Below, in pieces: positions 55,727-64,000 of a stretch of 64,000 nt of DNA. Made by a program: the position numbers and the translations under genes. The stretch is from an uncultured Gemmatimonadales bacterium (lineage in GTDB: Bacteria; Gemmatimonadota; Gemmatimonadetes; Longimicrobiales; RSA9). The first letter of the stretch is position 1. The number at the start of each line of letters is the position of its first letter. A model generated the notes under the pieces. That model was not told where the DNA came from. It was given only the letters and a program-made list of their open reading frames with translations, and did not search any database. The stretch lies in NCBI GenBank assembly GCA_963708135.1, contig OY970192.1, positions 2,464,001 through 2,528,000 of the forward strand. The letters are read 5' to 3'.

Positions 55727-58700
55727 CTAGAAGGACGGTCCGAACTGGAGGTAGAAGCGGGCGGGGTGCCGGGGCTCGCCGTGGAGGGGGAAGCCGAAGC
55801 CGGCGCGGACCTCGAAGGGCGGCACGAAGAGGATGCCGAGGTCGGCGGCGAGCTCGGCGCCCGCGCCGAGGAGGACGGGATTGCCGGAGGGGCGCGCGCA
55901 GGGGCCGAGCTCGCCGGAGGCGGCGGTCTCGGCGGCGCTGCACGTCGCGTTGCCGGCGTCCAGGTAGGCGGCGGCGAAGAGTCGGTCGAGGAAGATCGGC
56001 CAGAGGGCGTGGCCCCGGCCGACGAGGGCCAGAGGCTGGCGGTACTCGAGGGAGGCGCTCCAGGCGCGCGTGCCGCGGCGGGTCCCGGCCACGAAGCCGC
56101 GCACGGGAAGCAGGCGGCTGGCGCCGAGGGAGACGCCGAGGGTGCCGGAACCCTCGCCGGAGGACCCGCCGACTGGCTCGGTCTCGGCGCCGGGGCCGGT
56201 GCGCACGATTCCGCTGAGGCGCGCGGCGAGGACCGGGTGGGCGAAGCCGGGCAGGGGCAGGGCCCGGTAGGCGGCCATCCTGCCGATGGCCTCCCGGTAT
56301 CCGCCGTTGGAGAGGGAGTCGGGGGCGAGATCCCAGCGCCGCAGGAGGCGCGCGGCGGCGACCACGCCGTCCTCGCGGCTGATGGAGAACGGCTGCACGC
56401 GGTAGTTCGCGAAGCTGGCCGAGAGGAATCCGCCGGCCAGGTCCTGCTTCGGGTGGCGGAGCGCGATACCGGTGGGGGCGTCCTCGATCTGGCGGTGGCG
56501 GTGCACGGCCTGGCCGCCGAAGGTGAGCGAGGCGGCGCTTCGCCAGTGCCGGGAGAGGAGGGTGGCATCGGCGGTATAGACATCCTCGCGCTCGAGGACG
56601 TCGCGCACGGAGTTGTCGGGCAGCGTGGCGCGGCCGAGCAGGCTCCAGTCGCTGGATGCCGCCAGCCCCAGCACGGGATTGGCGAGGCCGGCCCAGTCGT
56701 AGGCGGCGTAGCCGCGCAGCCGCTGGTGCGTGAAGTCCCAGCCGGCGCCGGCCGCCCAGGCACTCCGGCCCACGAGGTCCTGCCCGCTCGTGGAGAGGCC
56801 GAAGAAGAAGCCGACGACGGAATCGCCTCCGACGAACGGTACCCAGTAGTGCGGCAGCACGGTCGCCAGGGAGGAGTAGGCGTGCGGCCCGCGCAGCACC
56901 GCCGTGTCGGCATGGACGGGCACGATCAGCCGGATCGCCGCCACGGGCGCCGCGGCGTGCCGGCCGATGCGGGCGGGCGTGGGCTCCCGCCAGGAAGCCG
57001 GATCGAAGCGGATCCGCTCGAGGTGAAAGCCGTCCGCATGATAGCCCGCGAAGTAGATCCAGCGGCCGTCCGGCGAGATATCCGGAAAGAAGGCGCCGGT
57101 GAGCACGTTCGTCACCTGCTTCAGCAGGACGACCGCCGAGTCTCTCGCCACTACGGGCGCCACCTCCGTGTCGGCGGTGGTACCGAGCGTGTCCTGCAGG
57201 GCGGCGAGCGCGGGCGGCCGCCCGGGCGGCACGCCCCGGCCGGGGCGCTTCCCGCGGGTTGTATCGACGGGGGCGGCCGTGTCCCCGGGCGCGGCGCCCG
57301 GCTTGCGCCGCGCGGCGGGTTCGGCGGTTGTGTCCAGGGCCGCGCCGGCGACGCTGTCCGCCACGCGCGGTGCCGCGGTCTCGAGGTCCGCCGCGTAGAG
57401 GTTCGGAACGCCGTCGCGGTCGGAGGAGAACACGAGCCAGCGGTCGTCTGCGGACCAGGCCGGCGCCATGTCGAGCGCCGGGCCGCGCGTGATCTCGCGC
57501 AGGACGGTGCCGAGGGTGTCGAGGACCACCACGTCGTAGCGGCCGTCGCGGGTCCAGCGCGAGGCGGCGATGCGCGTGCCGTCATGGGACCAGCGGGGGA
57601 ACGCCCATGCCGTGTCCGGAGCGAAGCGCCCGAGCGGCCGGAGCCGGCCGGTGGGCAGGTCGTAAACGGCGAGCCGGTTGGCGCCCGGGCCGTCCTGCAC
57701 GGTCACGGCGCGGCGCCCGACGGCATCCACGTCGACCTGGGCGAGGCGGGCGCCGGAGGTGAGGCGGGACTCGTCGCCTGGCTGCTGCCGGTAGAGGTCG
57801 GAGAAGATGCGGTAGGGGCCGTCGTAGCGGAGCTGCGCCGTGAGCAGGGTGCCGCCGGGGAGCCAGGCCGCGGGATCGAGCCCGTTCCTGCGGCTCACGT
57901 CCCGCACCTGCCCGGAGGCGACGTCGAGCACGCGCGTGGCCGGCGTGCTCCGCCCGTCGCTCGCGGCGAACGCCACGCTCCGGCCATCGCGCGAGACGCG
58001 TGGGTAGAGGGCGTAGTAGCCCGCGCCCGTGAGCCGCTCGGGGGTGGTGAGGCCCGCGCCGCGGAGCGAGTCGGCCAGGGCGCCGTACTTCGCCTCGAGG
58101 TGGCGGGTCCAGTCGGCCCAGGCGGCGCTGAAAGACTCGCCCATGGCGTGCTTCGCGACGCGGTCGAACGCGAGCTCGGGCGGAATCACCGCGCCGGCGG
58201 TCGCGCGCACCAGGGCACGCTCGACCTTCATGCCGCGGGTCTCGCGCAGCCAGTCGAGGAACATCGAGCCGTAGACGTAGAAGCGGTCGCCCGCCGGCCA
58301 GATCGGGGAATCGTTGCTCGCGCGGTCGATCGGGTCCAGTCGGTGCTCGAGCACCGCCGTGCGCAGCACCATGTCGTGCCAACTGCCCCAGATCCGGCCC
58401 TCGCCCGTCTCACGCGACTCGACCAGGACGGCCAGTCCCTCGAGGTCCCAGCTCGGCACGCCTTCCACCGGGTACATCGGCCAGCTCGACGGCACGTTGC
58501 CGAAGATGCCACGCAGCATCCGCCCGAAGGGGCCGGCCTGGTTCAGGTGCACGACGTGGGTGTACTCGTGCGCGACCACCATCCCGAGCCAGTCGTCGGT
58601 GAAGGCCAGGCTCGGCACGTCCGTCGGCGGACGCGCGTAGATCACGATGTGGTCGTACGGGAACGGCGTCGCGTAGCCGTTGGTGACGTCCACGGCGTCC

Positions 58701-58960
58701 GTGAGGACGATGTCCACGGGCGCTTCCGGCGGCCGCCCGAGCTCCGCCGCCAGCCGCGCGCGCGTCCGCTCCGCCGCCGCCGCCGCATGCACCGCGAGCG
58801 GCTCCAGCCCCGGTGCGTAGGTCACCCGGAAATGCGCGCTCTCGATCGTCCGCCAGCCGAGGTTCGGCGGCAGCTGCGCGCGTGCAGGCCGCGCCGCGGT
58901 CAGCAGGAGCGCCAGCAGCGGCAGGACGCGCGCGAGTCGGGTGAGTCGGCGTTCTCGCAT
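55727..58960 (-). CDS. Outer-membrane protein: zinc-metallopeptidase-like domain, TolB-like propeller and Omp85/BamA-type barrel
   Basis: Signal peptide; AHEYTH...WDLEG; WSHDG/SPDG repeats; VRGF loop motif; terminal FYLQFGPSF. Confidence 0.85.
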   Translation of the reverse strand: MRERRLTRLARVLPLLALLLTAARPARAQLPPNLGWRTIESAHFRVTYAPGLEPLAVHAAAAAERTRARLAAELGRPPEAPVDIVLTDAVDVTNGYATPFPYDHIVIYARPPTDVPSLAFTDDWLGMVVAHEYTHVVHLNQAGPFGRMLRGIFGNVPSSWPMYPVEGVPSWDLEGLAVLVESRETGEGRIWGSWHDMVLRTAVLEHRLDPIDRASNDSPIWPAGDRFYVYGSMFLDWLRETRGMKVERALVRATAGAVIPPELAFDRVAKHAMGESFSAAWADWTRHLEAKYGALADSLRGAGLTTPERLTGAGYYALYPRVSRDGRSVAFAASDGRSTPATRVLDVASGQVRDVSRRNGLDPAAWLPGGTLLTAQLRYDGPYRIFSDLYRQQPGDESRLTSGARLAQVDVDAVGRRAVTVQDGPGANRLAVYDLPTGRLRPLGRFAPDTAWAFPRWSHDGTRIAASRWTRDGRYDVVVLDTLGTVLREITRGPALDMAPAWSADDRWLVFSSDRDGVPNLYAADLETAAPRVADSVAGAALDTTAEPAARRKPGAAPGDTAAPVDTTRGKRPGRGVPPGRPPALAALQDTLGTTADTEVAPVVARDSAVVLLKQVTNVLTGAFFPDISPDGRWIYFAGYHADGFHLERIRFDPASWREPTPARIGRHAAAPVAAIRLIVPVHADTAVLRGPHAYSSLATVLPHYWVPFVGGDSVVGFFFGLSTSGQDLVGRSAWAAGAGWDFTHQRLRGYAAYDWAGLANPVLGLAASSDWSLLGRATLPDNSVRDVLEREDVYTADATLLSRHWRSAASLTFGGQAVHRHRQIEDAPTGIALRHPKQDLAGGFLSASFANYRVQPFSISREDGVVAAARLLRRWDLAPDSLSNGGYREAIGRMAAYRALPLPGFAHPVLAARLSGIVRTGPGAETEPVGGSSGEGSGTLGVSLGASRLLPVRGFVAGTRRGTRAWSASLEYRQPLALVGRGHALWPIFLDRLFAAAYLDAGNATCSAAETAASGELGPCARPSGNPVLLGAGAELAADLGILFVPPFEVRAGFGFPLHGEPRHPARFYLQFGPSF

Positions 58961-59060
58961 GGACGCTCCGGGCAGGGACCCGGGCAGATTAGGCCGTTCG
59001 CCGCTCGGGCACAATCCGGTGGGGAAGGGCGGGCTGCGGGCTGCGAGCACCGGGAAACCG

Positions 59061-59112
59061 CCTTCGCTTTCGCTTTCGCCTTCGCTTTCGGCAGTTCCCC
59101 GTGCCCGTGCCC
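59061..59112. repeat. Intergenic hexamer repeats (CTTTCG/CCTTCG; CCCGTG)
   Basis: Read directly. Confidence 0.7.
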
Positions 59113-59113
59113 C

Positions 59114-61144
59114 TCAGGGCCCTCGCCCCGCCGCCCTGCCGCGGAGAAACGCCTCGAGCCCGCGCAGATGCGCCTCGGCGATCCGCTCCTGCACGCCGGG
59201 GTCGCGCAGCGCGGCCTCCTGCCGCGGGACCATCAGGAACATGGTCTCGGTGAGCACCGCGGGCATCCACGTGGGCCGCACGAGGGCGAGGTCCGCACGG
59301 CCGACGCCCAGGTCTCTCGTCCCGAGCTCCGCGACCAGCGCGGCATCGAGCGAGCGTGCCAGGTCGGCGGACTGCGGCCAGAAGTAGTAGTCGCTCGTGC
59401 CCGTGTTCGGAAACGGGTTCACCCCGTTGGGCAGCCCGTTGTTGTGGATCGAGAGCAGCAGGTCGGCGCTGTCGCGCACGGCCAGCGTGGGGCGCGCGTT
59501 GAGCGGCACGGCGCTCGAGTCGGTGCGGGTCATGATCACCTGCGCCCCGGCCTTCTCGAGGAGCGGCCGGAGCTTCAGTGCGACCGCCAGGTTGGCGTCC
59601 CGCTCCCGGTAGCGCGTGGGCCCGGTCGCGCCGCCCGGCGGGTGGCCCGGGTCCACGACGATGCGCAGCCCGCGCAGCGGGTGCTCGGAATCGATGTCGG
59701 GCGGGCGGCGCAACCGCACGACGAGGTCTCCGTTCTGCGCGAAGAACGCCAGGTAGCCCCACACGGGCCGCGAGAGGTGCAGCGTCAGCGTGTAGACGCT
59801 GTCCTGCGGCTGGCTCCACTGCGCCAGTGTAAGGAGCGGGTCGAGCGCGCCGTACTGCATGTAGTTGGTGTTCGTCGTGGCGCCGTAGAGCGTGACGCTG
59901 AGCGTGCTCGCGCCCTCCTTCACCTGGAACGGCAGCCGCCGGCCGGTGGCCAGCCGGACGTCGATCCACTTCGGGGTGGGTGTCATGCGCACTGTGTTGA
60001 CCAGCGCGGACGGCGGCGGCGTGCCGATCGGGAGCAGCTTCACGTCCTCCGTCGGGACCCAGACGTCTCTGCGCGCCGCGAGGTGCACCCGGAAGTAGCC
60101 ACGCCGCTCGCCCGTGAGGGTGAGCGGCGTGCCGTCCGGGAAGAACCAGTTGTACGGCCCGCCCGTCGTGGCCTGGGCGACGACGAGCCCGTGCGGATCC
60201 GGCGAGGGCGCCTCCTCCGCCAGCCCCACGCGGGCGCCGCCCGCGACCACGGCCAGCGTGAGGGGGAGCGGCGCGCGCGCGGTGTCCGTCCCCACGACCA
60301 GCTCGAGCGTCGCGGCGCGCGCCGTGTCCGGCACCGTCGCCAGCGCCGGCTGCGCGCCGGGCTTGCCGCCCCGGAGCGGGCGCGCGCCGAAGGCGCCGCT
60401 GTAGCGCGCCACCCCCGGCTGCGGCCGGGCGCTGAAGCCGGCCGGATTGCCGAAGTTCTCGTTCCCCGTGTTCGGCCCCTCGTACACCACGGCGGGCGCG
60501 AGCGGCACCCGGCGGCCGTCGGGCAGGATCAGCGCGGCCGTGCCCCCGGGCGTGCCGCGGAAGGAAACCTCGACCGGCTCGTCCGGCAGCGCCGTCCAGC
60601 TGCCATCGGGCGTGATGGTGCCGGTCAGGATCGTGGCCGAGTCCGGGGAGAGCGCGACCGGCGGCCCCGGCACCTTCACGCTCCGCTCGAGCCGCGCCGT
60701 GTCCGCCCCCGTCGTGGCGACGAGGTGGTAGACGCCGCCGGACGGGACCGGAAGCCAGGCGAGGAAGGTGCCGTTCGGCTCGACCGGCACCGGCGTGCCG
60801 TTGATCGCGAGCCTCGCCTGGCCGGTCCCGACGCTGCCGTAGATGAACGTCGAGTCGCGGACCGGCAGGGCCTCTCCCTCGCCCGGCGCCACCACGTCGA
60901 TCGACAGCGGACCGGTGCGCACCGGGATCGGCGGCAACGCCCGCTTCTCGGCCGCGGCGGTCGGCCGCGGCGCGGGCGCTGCCGGCGGCGCCTTGGCGCA
61001 GGCGCCGAGCATGAGCGCGGCAGCGGCGGCCGCCGCAGCCAGTCCGCGCCCGGGACCCCTGGAGTGGTGCGGGCTGGATCCGGTGGCCGGACCGGCTGCG
61101 GGGGGGCGCGTCGCCTGCGGGATCTGCGGCTCTGGTGCGTTCAT
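59114..61144 (-). CDS. N-acetylmuramoyl-L-alanine amidase (Amidase_3), lipoprotein
   Basis: VDPGH, E..AN, LSIHNN, PAVLTE; LGAC lipobox. Confidence 0.9.
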   Translation of the reverse strand: MNAPEPQIPQATRPPAAGPATGSSPHHSRGPGRGLAAAAAAAALMLGACAKAPPAAPAPRPTAAAEKRALPPIPVRTGPLSIDVVAPGEGEALPVRDSTFIYGSVGTGQARLAINGTPVPVEPNGTFLAWLPVPSGGVYHLVATTGADTARLERSVKVPGPPVALSPDSATILTGTITPDGSWTALPDEPVEVSFRGTPGGTAALILPDGRRVPLAPAVVYEGPNTGNENFGNPAGFSARPQPGVARYSGAFGARPLRGGKPGAQPALATVPDTARAATLELVVGTDTARAPLPLTLAVVAGGARVGLAEEAPSPDPHGLVVAQATTGGPYNWFFPDGTPLTLTGERRGYFRVHLAARRDVWVPTEDVKLLPIGTPPPSALVNTVRMTPTPKWIDVRLATGRRLPFQVKEGASTLSVTLYGATTNTNYMQYGALDPLLTLAQWSQPQDSVYTLTLHLSRPVWGYLAFFAQNGDLVVRLRRPPDIDSEHPLRGLRIVVDPGHPPGGATGPTRYRERDANLAVALKLRPLLEKAGAQVIMTRTDSSAVPLNARPTLAVRDSADLLLSIHNNGLPNGVNPFPNTGTSDYYFWPQSADLARSLDAALVAELGTRDLGVGRADLALVRPTWMPAVLTETMFLMVPRQEAALRDPGVQERIAEAHLRGLEAFLRGRAAGRGP

Positions 61145-61306
61145 CGGCTCTCGGCGATCGGGGAACGGGACGCAGCCACCATGCACGGGGCCTTTCCGTG
61201 CGGCGCCGGCTGACCGGACGGCAAACCCGGTGCCGTGCGCCGCTGTGGCCCGGCCGACCGCAGCGGTGCCGGCGGCATGACGGCGCCCTTCACCGCGGTC
61301 ACTGGA

Positions 61307-63037
61307 TCAGGGCGTCCCACCCGCTCCGCTGGCATAGCCGGCGGGGCATGCTTCCAGGGACGCCCCCGCCCCGGGCGACGGTGGCGGCGACCGCTGGGGC
61401 CCGGCAAGGATACCCAGGATCGCGCCGGTCTCCGCGCCGAAGCCCTGCAGCAGGCAGAACCAGCCGGGCTGCTGCTGCACCACCGGCAGGAGGTACGTGG
61501 TCGCGATCGCGTCGGTCTCATCGAAGACCACGTAGCGGGCGCCCGCTTCGCGCGCGCGCGCCAGGAACTCGCCCGGATCCCGCGTGAACGGCAGAGTGCG
61601 GCCGCGGTGACCGCTGTAGACATAGAAGAGGCGCGGCTTGCGCGAGAGCACCACCGCGCCCGGCGGCAGGTGCGTGCGGGACCAGTCGCCCATCTCGAAG
61701 AAGCCCTGCCACTGCGCGGGCAGGCAGGCCATCGGCCGGCCATCCCGGTACGCCGCGGTGCAGTAGCGACCGTTCTGGGCGGCCTGCGCGAGCGGTGGTA
61801 CCATGACCACCACCACCAGCGCCGTGGCCGCGGCGGCCACGGGCGCCGCCGCGCTGCGCCCCAGCCGGCCTATGCCGGCCACCAGGGCCTCCCCCGTGTA
61901 GGCCAGCAGGAGGGGCAGCACGGGAAGCAGGAATCGCTCGCCCGCCCAGACCGACGGCCAGATGAAGACCAGGCCCACGTACAGCGGGAAGAACGCCTCG
62001 GCCACTGCCGGGCGCCGCAGCCGCCGCAGCCACCCCACGAAGGCGAACACCGCGATTCCCGTCGAGACACCGAGGAACAGACCGCCCGTCTGGCTGAAGA
62101 GCAGCATGGGCAGCTGCGTGCCGATGTAGGCCTTCCCGTTGTCCCCCACCCGCTTCACCAGGTCGAGCGGGCCGATCAAGCCTCGCGCGGGGTCGTACGG
62201 GTCCACGTACAGGAAATAGCGCGCGTAGTCCACCCCATGGTGCAGGTGCGCCCGTAGCCACCAGAGGAAGGCCAGCGGCAGGATCACCGCAGCCAGCGCT
62301 GCCAGCTGGCGCCAGCGTCGGCGGTACGCCAGCCAGGCCAGCGAGGCGACGGCGAGCGGCAGGCCGGCGGAACGTGTGAAGTACGCCAGCAGGGTCGCCG
62401 CGATGGCCAGGGCGAGCCGGCCCCCGCCCCGTCGCGGCAGCCGCTGCCACCCCCACAGCGCCAGCATGGTGAAGAACCAGAACGGCACGTCGGAGAGCTC
62501 GAGGTGCGAGAGCCGCAGCACCCCGGGCGCGAGCGCCACCAGAAGCGCGGCCGCCACTGCCACCCACGGCCGACCGCGACGACGCAGAAACAGGTACGTG
62601 AAGCCCACCGCCAGTGCGGAGAAGCCGATGGTCAGCACCTTCAGCTGCACCCACGAGCGGATGCCCACCAGCGAGGCCCCGGCGATGATCAGCGGAAAGA
62701 CGGGCGGGTATTGGGTGTGGACCGGCAGCGCCGGGTCGTAGAGGTCGCGGTACGCGTGCAGCTGCAGGAGCGAGCGGGCGAGCACCACGTAACCTGCGTT
62801 GTCCCCACCCGTGAACGGCGTGGGGTCGAACACCCACCCGGCCACGGCGAGATGCACCAGCACGAGGCCCCCAGCCAGGGCGAGCGGCGGGATGCGACGC
62901 GGCAGCGTCGCGAGCCCCGCCCCGTCCGGCCTGGCCGCCACGGCACCTCCGGCGCCCTGGCGGCGCGTCCTTCTCGCTCCCCCATCCTTTCCCGACGGCG
63001 CCCGTCCGCCGCCGCGCGAGCCGCGGCCTGCGCTCAC
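61307..63037 (-). CDS. GT-C fold membrane glycosyltransferase (ArnT/PMT-like, GT39/GT83 type)
   Basis: Many TM helices; first loop GGDNAGY..LARSL, YPPVFP, ELSD, RFLLP; GTGA overlap with nagZ. Confidence 0.8.
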   Translation of the reverse strand: MSAGRGSRGGGRAPSGKDGGARRTRRQGAGGAVAARPDGAGLATLPRRIPPLALAGGLVLVHLAVAGWVFDPTPFTGGDNAGYVVLARSLLQLHAYRDLYDPALPVHTQYPPVFPLIIAGASLVGIRSWVQLKVLTIGFSALAVGFTYLFLRRRGRPWVAVAAALLVALAPGVLRLSHLELSDVPFWFFTMLALWGWQRLPRRGGGRLALAIAATLLAYFTRSAGLPLAVASLAWLAYRRRWRQLAALAAVILPLAFLWWLRAHLHHGVDYARYFLYVDPYDPARGLIGPLDLVKRVGDNGKAYIGTQLPMLLFSQTGGLFLGVSTGIAVFAFVGWLRRLRRPAVAEAFFPLYVGLVFIWPSVWAGERFLLPVLPLLLAYTGEALVAGIGRLGRSAAAPVAAAATALVVVVMVPPLAQAAQNGRYCTAAYRDGRPMACLPAQWQGFFEMGDWSRTHLPPGAVVLSRKPRLFYVYSGHRGRTLPFTRDPGEFLARAREAGARYVVFDETDAIATTYLLPVVQQQPGWFCLLQGFGAETGAILGILAGPQRSPPPSPGAGASLEACPAGYASGAGGTP

Positions 63038-64000
63038 GCGACTCCCGCCAGCCGCCGCGCCGCCGCCTCCTGCATGAGCGCCTCCCCACCCCACGCACCC
63101 AGCACGTGCCGCCCCGGCATCTGCGCCGCAAGCCGCGGATGCGCGAAGAGCACCACCCGCGCCTCCGGGCGCGCCCCCACGGCCACCCGCACGGCCGCAA
63201 CGGACGCCTCCGAGAGCCCGGGCCGACCCTTCCACGCCCGGATGTCGGAGTAGACCGCCACGACGAGCGCCCGGCCGGCGTCCGCCGCAGCCACCGGCCG
63301 GGCGTCCAGCCCCGCCTCCCGGAGCGCCGCCGGGAACGCGTCCCGCGAGGGCGGCGGGTACGGCCCGCCGAGATCGTCGTCCACCGTCAGCACGTCCACA
63401 GTGCTGCCGGCATCCACCCGCGGCTCGCCCCGGACATCCACGATCGTGCGCTCCGCCACCCCGAGCGCCCACGCGCGGTCGTCGGCGGCGCCCCACGCCT
63501 CGCCCGTCTCGCCGGCCACCCGCGCCCCGGCCGCCTCCACCCGATCGACCGCCCGCGCGACCCGCTCCCGCGGGATCCTCTCGCCCAGCGCCGCCTCGAG
63601 CGCGGCGGCCACTTTATCCAGCCGGACTGGATAGAGCAGCGCATCGCAGCCCGCGGCGATCGCCCGGACCGCCGCCTGCGCCTCCCCCGCCCCGCCGCCG
63701 AGCACACCCTCCATCGTCAGCGCGTCCGTCACCACAAGCCCGTCGTAGCCGAGCTCCTCGCGCAGGAGGCCCGTGACGATGGCGGCCGACAGCGTGGCCG
63801 GCAGCCCTCCCGGATCGAGTGCCGGATAGGCGACGTGCGCGGTCATCATCGAGTCCACTCCCGCCGCGATCGCGTGCCGGAACGGCGCCAGGTCGAGCTC
63901 GAGCGGATCGCGGCCGTGCTCCACGCGAGGCAGCTCCGCGTGCGAGTCCGCCACGGTCCGGCCGTGCCCGGGGAAGTGCTTCGCGCAGGACAGCGCCCCG
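63034..64000 (-). CDS. nagZ: GH3 beta-N-acetylhexosaminidase, 5' end outside the window
   Basis: CAKHFPGHGRTVADSH read from the window end; MTAHV, LLREELGYDGLVVTDAL. Confidence 0.9.
   Translation of the reverse strand, partial: GALSCAKHFPGHGRTVADSHAELPRVEHGRDPLELDLAPFRHAIAAGVDSMMTAHVAYPALDPGGLPATLSAAIVTGLLREELGYDGLVVTDALTMEGVLGGGAGEAQAAVRAIAAGCDALLYPVRLDKVAAALEAALGERIPRERVARAVDRVEAAGARVAGETGEAWGAADDRAWALGVAERTIVDVRGEPRVDAGSTVDVLTVDDDLGGPYPPPSRDAFPAALREAGLDARPVAAADAGRALVVAVYSDIRAWKGRPGLSEASVAAVRVAVGARPEARVVLFAHPRLAAQMPGRHVLGAWGGEALMQEAAARRLAGVA

Noticed and set aside
55766..61213. 1815-aa plus-strand ORF, and similar long ORFs such as 30914-34348, 52941-55667, 4194-6815 and 18954-21431
   Set aside because: Antisense shadows of motif-bearing genes; Arg/Gly/Ala-rich and expected at this GC content.
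1..64000. Prophage, IS element, integron, tRNA or rRNA
   Set aside because: No integrase, transposase or phage motifs, no large composition shift and no tRNA/rRNA signatures seen by eye.

Overview
A very GC-rich, gene-dense bacterial chromosomal window. Gene content (ADOP duplicated permease, TolB-N/TPR protein, tricorn/S9/M1/S8 peptidases, a T9SS-like C-terminal domain) suggests Gemmatimonadota or another FCB-group lineage; this is inference. About 48 CDS/pseudogenes are supportable, mostly exported hydrolases and envelope enzymes, plus rnd, lhgO, ggt, a class II RNR (nrdJ) with a clear sigma70 promoter and tandem NrdR boxes, three DinB proteins, and a stand-alone MORC-type GHKL ATPase coupled to a DUF71/Dph6-like PP-loop ATPase. 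I saw no tRNA, rRNA, CRISPR, transposase or integrase. Best leads: (1) the Bacteroidota O-glycosylation sequon D-(S/T)-(A/I/L/V/M/T) is enriched in several exported proteins, most strongly in an insert of a metallopeptidase-propeller-Omp85 protein encoded two genes from a GT-C glycosyltransferase, suggesting a protein O-glycosylation system; (2) the MORC + PP-loop gene pair; (3) a 270-bp intergenic palindrome built from 15-bp tandem units, plus two families of dispersed short repeats. Family calls come from motif recognition by eye, not database searches, and start codons are best guesses.
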